A DNA stretch of 64,000 bases from Octopus sinensis (taxonomy: Eukaryota). The position numbers and the translations under genes were made by a program. The DNA lies in contig NC_043003.1 of assembly GCF_006345805.1 (NCBI RefSeq), forward strand, positions 101,804,001 through 101,868,000, written 5' to 3'. Of this stretch, positions 25,190 to 36,888 are shown in pieces. The notes below the pieces were generated by a model. The model searched no databases. It saw only the letters and a list, made by a program, of their open reading frames with translations, and was not told the DNA's origin. Every line of letters starts with the position of its first letter. Position 1 is the first letter of the stretch.

Positions 25190-26830
25190 TTTTCCTTGAC
25201 TTATTCTTAGTGCAAGTTTTGAAGAGTGTAGTTCGATTTTAACAGTTATCTTTTCAAAGCTATAATGGAAGTGACAAAGGAATATATTTGGCACATTTTG
25301 CTTTATGAGTTCAATAAAAGCAACAACGCAACAGAAAGTGTGAGGAATATTAATGCAGTATATGGAGATCAGACAATAAGCATGAGCCTTGATCTGGAAG
25401 ATCTGTAGAGCGCAACGAGGATGTCCTGCAAACCCTGGTGGAACAAAATCCCATCGTAACTGTTGAGGAACTAGCAGAGAAGCTTGTATTTGGTCATTCA
25501 AGCCAGTGCTAGAAGAAAAATCACCATCTTTTGTTTCAAGATGAAAGGTGTTCTTCCATCAGGATAATGCTCAGCCACATAGTGAGGATAACATTCCAAA
25601 GGCTGGAACAGTTTGAATGGGAAATGATGCCCCACTCACCATATTTGCTGGACATTGCCTCCATCTGATTATCATTTATTCCGCAGTCTTCAAAATCATT
25701 TGGATGGAAAGAATATGAATTCTGTCATCATCATCATTGTTCGACCGTGGTCGAGACAATGGAATTTACTATGTTACGCCAGACTTCACGGTTCATCATA
25801 GCATTACGGAGGTCCTGTTGCTGGATGCCTGTATCCCTGGAGATTACATCAGGGTAGGAGAGTGTGCGCCCTCTGGTATTGCGAGTAGATGGCTTCCAGA
25901 GGAGAAGAGTAGAAATTACCTTGTTTTCAGCTCTACAACAATGTCCAGCAAACTGGACTCTCCTACCTTTCACAAGAGATGACACAGGTGGTAATTTCCC
26001 ATATATTTGCATTTTGGTTGGATGGCACTTCCACGAGAGATTTTGAGCTCTCATAAGGAGGCGAGTGTAGGTTCCATCCAACTGCCTCTCAAGCTTCTTT
26101 GATAACGTCCAGGTTTCTGAGCCATATAGTAGAATTGGTTCGACTGTGGCTTTGAATATTTCAAGTTTGAAGTCTCTACTTAGATTTGATGACCAGATCT
26201 TATGCATGTCATTACAGGCTGACCAGGCCATACCCTTTCTAGTTAGAAAGTCTTTTCCAGATGATGATATGTATGACCCAAGATATTTATAATCAGAAAC
26301 CATATTTAAAGGCGCACTGTTGAGAGTGTGGATGATGCAATCACTGTTGGACAGGCACTTGTTTATGTATTCAGTTTTGGCCTCATTGAGGTAAAAACCT
26401 ACACAATTTGAGGCTTGTTCAAGAGATTGTAAAAGAGACTGGGCATTGGAGAGAGAATCACTAAGAGCGATGTCGTCAGCAAAGTCAGTGTCTGTCAAGT
26501 ACTCAGCTGGGTGTCTGGAACTTCTTCTTGGTTTTATTTCAAAGCCCTTGCCAGAGATGGTATCAACTGACATACGTAGCACATAATCAACAACAATGAT
26601 GAAAAGAAATGGGGCGAGTGTGTCTCGCCATGAATTCTGTAGATGAGGTCAGAGAAGTACTGGAGGAATATTTTTTGTCATGGACAAGTGAATTTTGGAA
26701 GAGGGGCCTTGCAAGTCTACCAGATAGATGGAAGAGCATTGTAGAAAATGAAGGAGAGTATATTTTAGATTAAAAGAGAACTTTAACATAATTTTGAAAA
26801 ATAAAAGAAGTATAAAAAATCTGCATTATT
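25190..26830 (+). mobile_element. Internally deleted mariner interrupted by an RTE insertion
   Basis: Same start as the 18322 copy; FHQDNA, PSDYHLF and C-terminal GEYILD* motifs; frame rejoins across the RTE TSD. Confidence 0.88.
25726..26629 (-). mobile_element. 5'-truncated RTE LINE with open 282-codon frame (25734-26582) and 11-bp TSD
   Basis: TSD atgaattctgt at 25715-25725 and 26630-26640; DFADD, YKYLG and LLYGSETW motifs; (GAT)n tail. Confidence 0.95.
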
Positions 26831-26929
26831 TATAAGATGACCCAATATTTCATCCAGGACAAGATGAAGTACAGAATAAAGAGACACAGAGATACAGATC
26901 TAGATAAAAGATAGATGTCATTACTAAAA

Positions 26930-27600
26930 AGTGTAGCTGAAACAGAGGCCTTGATATGTTTAGTGCAGGAACAACTGTTGAGAACAAACAACAGCAAGCA
27001 CAGAATTGACCACCTCACAGGATCTGACAAATGCAGAATGTGTGGTGAAACTGGAGAGAAAATGTGGCCTATTTTAAGTTAATGCAACAAATTGGCTCAG
27101 AGAGAAAACAAGAGAAGACATGACAATGTTGCCAGAATGGTTTGCTGAGAATTATGTAACAAGTCTGGGTTGAAAAAGGTGAGAAAATGGTATGAACATG
27201 AACCAAAGGGTGTGGTAGAAAATGACAGAGTAAAGATACTTTGGGACTTCATGAGCCAGTGTGATCATAAAAGACAACATAAGCAACCTCATATTGTACT
27301 GGTAGAGAAAGGAGAAAAAATGAGCTTGATCATAGACATCAGTTGCTCTGGGGATAACAGAATTGTCATAAAAGAAAGTAAAAACTGACAAGAAGTCCTG
27401 AAGAGACAAATCAAAATGCTATTGTCAATGAAAAAGGTGCATATTGTACTGATAACTGTTGGTGTTCAAGATACTGAGCCAAAAAAAAAAATGTTGAAAA
27501 TGATAGGAATAACTGAAAATGGAGAACATCTGCCCAGAAAATATTATTACTTGGCAGTGTAAGGAGTCTCTACAAAGTTCTTGTGATATTGAAAAGAATG
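26930..27600 (+). mobile_element. Decayed R4/Dong-clade LINE 3' fragment
   Basis: CRMCG...RRHDNVA...KILWDF...PHIVLVEK (CCHC knuckle and RLE region). Confidence 0.75.
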
Positions 27601-27879
27601 TACCAACTTAGTTTACAGGATGCAAACAGTACAACATTAATGATATCTCCAACAACAAACTGAATCTGTTAGAGGTAACAATGATGATGATAATAATAAT
27701 AACAATAGCAAGGTGGTGAGCTGGCAGCATCATTAGCATGCCAGGCAAAATGCTTAGCAGCATTTCATCTGTCCATGTGTTCTGAGTTCAAATTCCACCG
27801 AGGTTGTTTTTGTCTTTCATCCTTTCAGGGTTGATACCAGTGAAAATACCAGGGTTGACATGATTGACTAGTCCCTTCC

Positions 27880-30390
27880 TGCAAAATCTCAGGCCTTATG
27901 TCTTCAGTTAAAACAATGAACTCAGCACCTGAACAACTCTGGACCCCTGTAACAACTGAAGGGGTCACCCAAGTACTGCAAAAACTAACCAACTGGAAGA
28001 CACCCAGGTACGATAAGATCCCCTGCTTCTGGTTAAAATATCTGACAGGAACACATAAAAAACTGGCTGAGAAATTTAATGAAATACTAACAGAGCCAGA
28101 GACAATGCCTGAATGGCTCATGGAAGGGAAAACCATCCTAATTCCCAAGTCCACTGAAACAGCAAACCCACAAAATTACAGACCAATAACTTTTATTATG
28201 ATTATTATTCAGGTCACTACCTGGAATCGAACTCGTAAACTTGGGGTTATTGGCCTGCGCTCTTAACTACTATACCATATGTCTCCCTACAATTTACAAA
28301 GCCTTTACTGCAATAATACCGCAGAGAATGAGCAAGCATTTGGAAGAAAACAACTTGTTTCCAGAAGAGCAGAAGGGATGCTGCAAGGGCTCATATGGCT
28401 GTAAAGATCAACTAATGATCAATAAAGCCATAACTGAAGACAACTGCAGAAAGAAGGTCTAAGTATGGCCTGAATTGATTATCAAAAGTCTTTAAATAGT
28501 ATTCTCCACAGATGGATCCTAGAAACACTAGCCATAAACAAGGTAGCACCAATAATCATAAAATATATAACACATTCCATGAATAAATGGCCAAGAGTGC
28601 TACAGCTCCAGACAAAAGAGGGACTCATAAAAACCAAAGCCATCCCCATTAAAAGAGGAATATTCCAGGGAGACATGCTCTCTCCACTCCTTTTCTGCTT
28701 GGCACTGACGCCTTTAACTGACATGCTAAACAGAACTGGATGCGGACATAAATGTTACAGCAAAACAATCAGTCACCTCTTACATATGGATGACCTAAAA
28801 CTGTACGCTACAAATGGTAAACAGCTGGAAACACTACTACTGACAGTACATGGATTTACCAAAGAAAGAAATATGAAATTTGGCTTAGAAAAATGTGCCA
28901 AAGCAACCTTGAAAAGATGAGAACTAGTTAAGAGTAGCAACATCACACTAGATAAAGCAAATGAAATAAGAGAATTAGACCAAAGCCAGACATACAAATA
29001 TTTAGGAATCAATAAACTAGATATGATACAACATACACAAATGAAGGAGAAAATAAAAAAAAATACTGTAGATGAATTAGATTAATACTGCAGACAGAGC
29101 TCAATGGGAAAAACAAGATAATAGGTATCAACACTCTAGCCATTCCAGTTATAAGTTACAGCTACAATATCCTTAACTGGACACTAAATGAACTAATCAA
29201 AATAGACAGGGAAGCAAGAAAAATAATGATGGGATTTTGAATGCACCGCCCAAAATCTGACACAGAAAGGTTATATATATACAACGTATCGAAGGTGGTA
29301 GAGGCCTTATACAGTTAGAAAACTATTATAAAATAACCACCATAGGACTACAAAAATATTTACTTCAGAAGCAAGGAAAACTAATACAAACAGCCACAAA
29401 GCACGAACAAAACAAAAACTGTTTTCAGTCTTTAAAGAAGCTGACAAATACAAAAAAAGAAGTCAAAGTATCTAACAACTATGAAAAAAAAAAAGAAGAA
29501 ACAACAAAAACAACTGAAATCCAAACTAAAACTGGAACAGCAACAGATCATGATAAAACGATGGCAAGAAAAGCCCCTACATGGAAAATATTAGGTTAAA
29601 CTAAATGCAAAAGAAATAGACAATGCAAAATCCCAACAATGGTTGAGAAGCTCAGGACTCAAAGCAGAGACTGAAGGAATTTTAATTGCAGCACAAGATC
29701 AAAGCCCCCCACCTGCGAAATTATCAAAAACATATAATGAAAAGAAACAAGTAACTGGAGAATATGTGGAGATGGACAAGAAACAATAAATCATATTATC
29801 TCTGGCTGCCCAGTCCTGGCTAAGAAGGAATATATTCACAGACACGACAGAGTTAGGACCTATATACACTGGAAGCTATGCCAACATTGTGGAATAACAA
29901 CAGAAAAAAAAGATGGTATAGACGCATGCCAGAAAAGGTCACAGACAATGAGAAAGCAACATACTATGAGAAATTAAGGTCAATAGGCCAGATATAGTTG
30001 TCAGAGAACATCAAGAAAAAGTGCTTTCTAATTGATGTATCAATACCAACAGATGAAGTTTCTCTAAAAGAAATGGAGAAACTTTCAAAATACAAAGACC
30101 TGGAAATAGAGGTAACTCAAATGTGGAGTCTAAAAACAAACAATTCCTATCATAATAGGCACATTAGGTATGATAAAAATATATTCAGACAAATATATAG
30201 CAAAAACACCATGACTAACAAATATATGTAACATACAGAAAATAGCACTACTAGGCACTGCACACATCCTATGTAAAACACTTTCAATACAGTAACTATA
30301 AGAGCATCACAACAAACTACAGCACATACCCAAGGCACACAGAGCTGCGCTCAGTAGCATAGTGAAAGCACATGATAAAAATAAGACTAC
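27880..30390 (+). mobile_element. R4/Dong-clade LINE, 5'-truncated and frameshifted (RT, CCHC, RLE)
   Basis: NYRPITCLPT, EEQKGC, IFQGDMLSP, LHMDDLK, FGLEKC, YKYLG, RHDRV, NRPDIVV and DVSIP motifs; 3' UTR ending in (aat)n near 30395. Confidence 0.9.
28189..28268 (-). mobile_element. About 80-bp tRNA-like mini-SINE inserted in the R4 RT (splits codons PIT|CLP)
   Basis: A-box tggtatagtagttaag, B-box gagttcgattcc, (aat)n tail; no paired anticodon arm. Confidence 0.7.
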
Positions 30391-30994
30391 TGAATGATAA
30401 TAACAACAATCGTTTCAACAGAAGGCACAAAGCCTGAGATTTTGTGGTAGGAGACTAGTTGATTATCTCAACCCCAGTGTTTTCTCTGGTACTTAATTTA
30501 TCAACCCTGAAAGGATGAAAGGCAAAGTTAACCGTGGCAGAATTTGAACTTAGAACATAAGGACAAATGAAATACGAAGCATTTTGCCTGGCATGCTAAT
30601 GATTCTGCCAGCTCGCCACCTTGCAACAATACTACTACTAATAATAATGATGAAGATCAATTTTTTTTTTACCAATAATATTAATAATGAAATGTTTTTA
30701 TCTTGGCACCAATCCACAAATTTAGAAGAAAGTGCATTCTATTGGAATAAGCCCCATGGCACATATGTGGTATATATTTTACTAAAACTGAAGAATTTAA
30801 AATCAAAGCTAACCTAAATAGGATTTGAATTTGGAACATGAGCAAAATGTAATTAAATATAAAAAAAAGAAAAAAAGAAAAAAAGAAAAACCTGAACCAT
30901 ATGATTCTAGTTACTTTTTTTTTAAATGTCAATATACACTACAAGTGGTAGGGGGTCAATCAACCAGAGACTTCCATAGAAAGTTAGCCATTAC

Positions 30995-31105
30995 CTCTTT
31001 ATCATTAAATTCACAATACTTGAAATTATTCTTTGAATCAATATTCCTGATACAGCCATATGTGTTATTCCAGGAGTCTTCACAAACACAGTTGATATCA
31101 CAGGA
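30995..31105 (-). CDS. GNS: GNS exon 11 (111 nt): SCDINCVCEDSWNNTYGCIRNIDSKNNFKYCEFNDKE
   Basis: CVCEDxxNNTYxC and YCEF motifs; acceptor ctatttttcAG, donor GTaatg. Confidence 0.96.
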
Positions 31106-32911
31106 CTGAAAAATAGACCAGAAAATCCAATATAGTTAAAAAGGAAAATATAGTTGTGGATTTAGATGCTTACAGAAAACTACTAAACAGACTATGCCAA
31201 TAAAGACAACTTTTGCTACCTTTTTGAAACCAATATCTCTACCAACTGTAAACATGCTTATAACATAAGCAGGTTTACAGTTGGTAGATATAAAAAATAA
31301 AAAAAACAGAACAACACCCATGACTATTAAAAACATTCTTTCAAGCTTAGAATTGTTGAAGCAAGGAATAAACTATGCTACCTGAAATAAAGCCATCAAT
31401 ACTCCTGACATGACTATGCACTGTTTCCTCTTTATGACTCTTTTACTGTTCATGTTTTTATCTTTTTGTTTTTTATTCTGTGCATTGTGTATATAATTCT
31501 TGCCCTCCTTGCTGTCTTTCTTGATTTGACTTAGGGTTGCTTTCTGTCCCCAAATCATTTCCAATGAGTTATAGTGCTTCTTAGAACTATACAATATACA
31601 CTTTATTAACATCATCAACATCATTATTATTATCACCATCATCATTAAGGTAGGAAAACTGCAGAATAGTTAGCATACCAGACAACATGCTAAGCATCAT
31701 TTCATCCAATTTACATTTTGAGTTCAAATACCACTGAGGTCAACTTTGACTTGCATCCTTTTGAAGTTGATGAAATAAGTACCTGCTGAACACTGAGGTT
31801 GGTGTAATTGACTTGACCTATCCCCAGATTTCAGCCCTTGTGTCTATAGAAGAAAGGCTTATTATTATTATTAAGGCAGCGAGCTGGCAGAATCAGTAGC
31901 ATGCTGAGTGAAATGCCCAGCAGCATTTTGTCCATCTTCTCTTACTGAGTTCAAGTTCTGCCAAGGTTGACTTTGCCTTTCATCCTTTCAGGGTCAATAA
32001 AATAAGTACCAGTTGAGCACTGGGTCCAATGTAATCATTTTACTCTCTCCCCTAAAGCTGTTAGCTTTATGCCAAAATTTGAAACTGTTATTATTATTAT
32101 TATTATTATATAAAACAATCACTATTTGCTGCCTCAGTCTGACTGACTAACAATTTTGGGTGCCATGATCTCTTAACAATCAAATGGTCAACTGCAGGAA
32201 GGAGAATCCAATTATGAAACCATTCTTGTTCTAGTGATATGTAAACGTCTAAATTTGGAAAACCTTTCCAATACAAACTGTAATGTAAGAGGACAATTAA
32301 AATATCAACTCAGGTTTTATATTCAGTTCCATTATTGTTTCAGTCAAAGAAATCCCTATAAAAGGATTCAGGCCTGGGTCTTCTATAAGGATATTTTCTA
32401 TACAGATAACTTGGTTCCTATTGTGGAATCTATATAAGCTTTATGGTCAGGATAGATAAGACCAAAGATATTTTAGTAAAGATAGGTGTGGTTGGGAGGT
32501 TAAGAAACTTGCTTCCTAATCATGGTTTCAGGTTTAGACCAATTGTGTAGCTTCTTGAGCAAGTGTTTTCTGCTATAGTCCCAGGTGAAGCAAAACTATT
32601 TCAGTGGATTTGGTAAATGGAAACTGAAAGAAGCATGTGTGTATGTATGAGAGAGGGGGGGAGAGTGAGAGAGAGTGTATATATATATATAATTTAATCA
32701 TGCCAATGACCTATAATCCTTAAGGGATGCTTGCATCCTAGTTCTCTGGTCTATACCAGCGTTCAGTAAAAAAATAAGTACGTTAATTTTGCATTGATGT
32801 ACATAGGTATTTAAAATATTTATGAATGAGAAAAAGAAGAAAATGGAGAAATTGACTTATAAACATCAGTTTATTAAAAGATATTCAAAACAATTCAATA
32901 TAAAATTATTA

Positions 32912-33017
32912 TCCCTACAGCTGTTTCCATATCCATTTAATTTAATTAGAGACATTAAATTAAATTAATTTATAATTTTCATATTGAAACTGGTTAATTG
33001 GGTATTTCATCAGGGGA
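32912..33017 (-). ncRNA. Type-I hammerhead ribozyme motif, sense to the GNS pre-mRNA
   Basis: Minus strand: UCCC-CUGAUGA-long AU-rich stem II-GAAA-CAGCUG-UA|GGGA; palindromic stem III; predicted cut between 32916 and 32915. Confidence 0.7.
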
Positions 33018-33291
33018 GAATTTCCAGAAAGGAGTTATATTCCAATGTGTTGGTCGACTCTTGACAGACTCAGATGTCTGCATTTTGGTAATGTATTGAA
33101 CAAAATGTAATGAGTATATGTAAAATACTTTATTTAATCTGCTTTGTGAGTATATATATAATACTTTATTTAATTTCATATTGTAGTGACTCACTTTATG
33201 CTCACCTTTGAATGTCATGGGAGCACTCAGATGAACAAACATGTACGGTGTAATGTGATGAATATTTTCAAAAACAGATGAATACAGTGAG

Positions 33292-33348
33292 TCTGGCTGA
33301 CGATCCTTGAGTAAAAAGGTACAAAAGGTGAAATCAATTGATACCAGG
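33292..33348 (+). ncRNA. Type-I hammerhead ribozyme motif in a solo Penelope-like terminal repeat (about 33200-33480)
   Basis: UCUGG-CUGACGA-U-CCUU..AAGG-U-GAAA-UCAAUUGA-UA|CCAGG; palindromic stem III; 5-bp stem I. Confidence 0.75.
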
Positions 33349-34031
33349 ATGTCAGTTTCTTGCTTTTGTAGTTTATTATATTCATTGCATTCACCGTGTG
33401 TATTTATTAATAGTGAGAAATTTGTGGTTTTGGAGTGTTAGCTCCTCTTTCTGGCAAGTGGTACTCAGATACCCTACTTTATTTATTTGTATATTTCACC
33501 TATATAAGTTAAGCTTGCTGGCCACTTTATTATTATTATTATTATTAATAATGGTAATAATACTTTAATTTTTTATATTATATATATCACTGACCACATA
33601 TACTTAATGTACATGCTTTGTGTATTTGCTGATGGGCTGCGATTTGGTGAGGTAGAGAATACTCTCTCAAACGATGATGATGATAATGTACATCAATCAC
33701 AACTGGTTAAGTTAATAGACTGTATTCCAAATAGAAAGCAAATTGCTTAACCAAATTTGCATGTGACATTGTCTTCAGGACCAAGTTTAAAGTTTAAAGT
33801 CCGTTTAAGTTGCAGCCATTCAGTTACTTCAGCTGAAACTGCAACCTTGAATGTCTGTTGGACTAACTACAACAAAAATAGAGTTATGTAGGGTAGCATT
33901 AACTAATCAGACATTACATCTTAAAAATAATTCAGGGATAATTTGGATGATAAGGTATGGTTTGAGGGAGATTTGGTTGTTATTTCTAGCAGGTCAAGCA
34001 GCCACATACAGGTTACCTTAATAGTTTAGAG

Positions 34032-36888
34032 CAGGGGTCTCTAAAATTTTCCAGCGGAGGGCCACATTGCTGAATTTTTAAAGCTACAGGGGCCAAGGTT
34101 CTAAATTATTTATTTTACCAAAATAATATAAATAAATAGTGAATTAATAATTAAAAAAGGTTATTTATTCAGTACATAATCACAATGTATATAATATCAG
34201 TAACAATTAACATGTTTTTTTTAACTTTGATCAATAGGGGAAACATGAAATTGTTTCATTTCTGACAAAATTTTGTCCAACTGAGGTTCAAAATGAGTGG
34301 TTCCAATAACAAGCAATGCATTTAAATGTTCATCAGACAATTGTGATCTGTAGCAGGATTTTGTGTATTTCATCTTTGAAAAAGTTTTCTCACACAAATA
34401 TGTGGTGCCAAAAACTGAAATGAATTCACAGGCAAACCTCCTTAAATGAAGAAATTGGTCGGATGGAAGGCATTTGTAGAATTCAATCAAATTTCCCTCT
34501 TTATATTTGTCCTTCAGGATGTCATTGGATTGCAAATCAATAACTTCCATTTGTAACTCAGAAGGTAAGTCTCCAATAACAGAGTTAAATGGATTTTCAA
34601 AAATTCTTAGTTTTGAAGAACATGCATCAAGATCAGAAAAACGTTCTTCAAACTGTTGTTTCAAAGCTAAAATGACATCTTGAGCAAACAAGTTTTGAAA
34701 TGGAGTGGCAGCTTCCTGTCTATATTTGTCACATCGTGAAAAATGAGTAAAGCAGCTTCTTGTTAACTGACTTTCAAATAGTATTAATTTCTTACGAAAA
34801 GCTTTCACCTTTGAGTACAAATCACAGATGAGTGAAGTTTCACCTTGTATCCGTAGGTTGAAATCATTGAGATGCATAGTTAAATCGGCTGAAAATGCTA
34901 ATTTCCAGAGCCATTCACTGTCTTTGAGCAACACCTGTGAATGGTTTTTCTCATTTAAAAATATTTCAATTTCAGTTCGAAGCTCAAAAAATCTAGCCAG
35001 AATTTTTCCATAGCTAAGCCATCTTACTGAAGTATAGTAAGGTAGGTCTGGAAACTCAGCATTCATTTCCTCCAAGAAATCACGAAATTGGCGATGTTTG
35101 AGTCCATGAGATCTTATGTAGTTAACAGTGGAAGTCACAGGATCTAATACAGATGATAAATCAAGATGCTTTCCACACAGTGCTTGCTGATGAAGAATAC
35201 AATGCAATACCAAAGGTTTCAATCCACCGGAATTCTCAATTACTTTGTTAATTTGCCCAACTAAGCCCTTTTTGGTTCCACACATATTTCTGCCACCATC
35301 TGTTGTTATGCATTTTAGTTTTTTCCATTCCAAATTATACTCAGCCACTGACTTTTCCACTTCTCTAAAAATATCTATGCCTGTTGTTGTTCCATGCATG
35401 CTGTGCACAGATACAAGTTCCTCAGTAATCTCAAAATTGGCATTTATTCCTCTGATGAACAATAACAATTGGGATGTGTCTGATACATCAATTGACTCAT
35501 CAAGTGCAACAGAAAAGCATACAAACTTGCTGGCTTTGTCTTTTAGCTGTGATTTAATATTTCTTTCAATATGTTCAACCCTACGAGCAACAGTGTTCGC
35601 AGAAAGACTAATTGCGGAAAATAAATCTACGTTTTCTGGACACATTTCCTTAGCTACCTCATTCAAGCACTTTTTAATAAGTTCACCATCTGTAAATGGC
35701 TTACCTTTCTTCGCCAAAAGGTTAGCAACATGGAAGCTTGCTCTTGTTGCTCTCTCTTTTTCTACAGCCTTCTTCTTGAAAACAAACTGCATTGATGATA
35801 AATTCTTCTTTAATTTGTCAAATTTCTCTTTACGTAGCTGTCCAATGAATTGGTAGTACTGTGATGAATGCTTTTTTTCATAATGTCTCCGAATGTTGTA
35901 CTCTTTAAGTACTGCAATTGTGTCGGTGCATATAACGCATAGTGCCTTGTTGTTTGACTCTATGACAAAATAGTCTATGTTCCATTGTTCCTTAAAAACT
36001 CTACACTCAGAGTCGATTTTTCGTTTTCTTCCTTGAGCTAACATTTTTACCATGGGTCGACAGATTTTGCTCGACGATATATGTAAAAGGACGAAACAAG
36101 TAAAAACAATATTCACAGGTCACTCGATACGTGCATTCACTTCGGCAGCGACGACGACAAATGACTCACACTTGTGCACAACGAAAACGCCAAGTCTGTG
36201 CTGACTGACGGAATGCGCATCGAACTTTACTCCACGCTGATTGGCGACTGCACCAGGATTAGAAACCACCACACAACGTCAGGCTCAACCCTCTCTATTC
36301 ATCGCTCGTGAGATGTAGGTAACATCGATAAATCGATATTTGTCTTCTTTTATTATACTAGGCACGGGACTTTTATTAACATCATACTTGTCGTATCTGC
36401 TCTCTCGACAGTTGACGGAATAGGTTGACTTTTCTGCGACATCAATAAAGCTAGAAATTGAATCTCTGCTTCATTGTAAGCAGCACCATCCATCTCACTG
36501 ACAATCGCCTATTATCTAAGATGAATGATAGGTAGCTCCATAGCGAAGTTAATTCATTTTATGGTGGTTCTGATGGGTCAGTTAAAACGGGGGGAGTGGA
36601 AAAGAACCTATATTTACACTAAAGTTTAGTGTATAAATTTTTAATTCGCCGGCGCAATTTAAAGACATTAATTGATGGCAAATCAATTAGCGTCGTCTTG
36701 CGTCTATTTGCTGTACTATATTTGTCAAACGTATTAAAAGGGGTGTAAAGTATATTTGTTTTTGTATGATTTCGGCAAGGCTTGTTTTTCGACATTTGTT
36801 TTATAATTTTGGAGGACAGCTCGGCGGGCCGGATTAAAAACCTTGGCGGGCCGAATCCGGCCCGCGGGCCGTACTTTGGAGACCCCTG
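34032..36888 (-). mobile_element. Full-length hAT DNA transposon (OC1/Charlie-like), 2857 bp
   Basis: TIRs CAGGGGTCTC(T/C)AAA (13/14 match); perfect 8-bp TSD GTTTAGAG (34024-34031, 36889-36896); GGCCCG/CGGGCC subterminal motifs at the 5' end. Confidence 0.96.
34221..36053 (-). CDS. Uninterrupted hAT transposase (GTF2IRD2/SPIN/OC1-like), 610 aa from the first ATG
   Basis: BED finger (C-x2-C...RRHYEKKH), VALDES (D1), TTDGG (D2), CILH (CxxH), VRWLS, YLCEKTFS (E); no stops. Confidence 0.94.
   Translation of the reverse strand: MVKMLAQGRKRKIDSECRVFKEQWNIDYFVIESNNKALCVICTDTIAVLKEYNIRRHYEKKHSSQYYQFIGQLRKEKFDKLKKNLSSMQFVFKKKAVEKERATRASFHVANLLAKKGKPFTDGELIKKCLNEVAKEMCPENVDLFSAISLSANTVARRVEHIERNIKSQLKDKASKFVCFSVALDESIDVSDTSQLLLFIRGINANFEITEELVSVHSMHGTTTGIDIFREVEKSVAEYNLEWKKLKCITTDGGRNMCGTKKGLVGQINKVIENSGGLKPLVLHCILHQQALCGKHLDLSSVLDPVTSTVNYIRSHGLKHRQFRDFLEEMNAEFPDLPYYTSVRWLSYGKILARFFELRTEIEIFLNEKNHSQVLLKDSEWLWKLAFSADLTMHLNDFNLRIQGETSLICDLYSKVKAFRKKLILFESQLTRSCFTHFSRCDKYRQEAATPFQNLFAQDVILALKQQFEERFSDLDACSSKLRIFENPFNSVIGDLPSELQMEVIDLQSNDILKDKYKEGNLIEFYKCLPSDQFLHLRRFACEFISVFGTTYLCEKTFSKMKYTKSCYRSQLSDEHLNALLVIGTTHFEPQLDKILSEMKQFHVSPIDQS

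Noticed and set aside
26612-26629. ggcgag-tgtgt-ctcgcc hairpin at the RTE 5' junction
   Set aside because: Largely the RT coding sequence for GDTLAP at the truncation point; no evidence of a separate structure.
28189-28268. Possible tRNA gene
   Set aside because: A and B boxes are present but the anticodon and acceptor stems do not pair, and it has an (aat)n tail inside a LINE, so it is a SINE.
35245-35856. 203-aa plus-strand ORF
   Set aside because: Antisense shadow of the hAT transposase with no motifs of its own.
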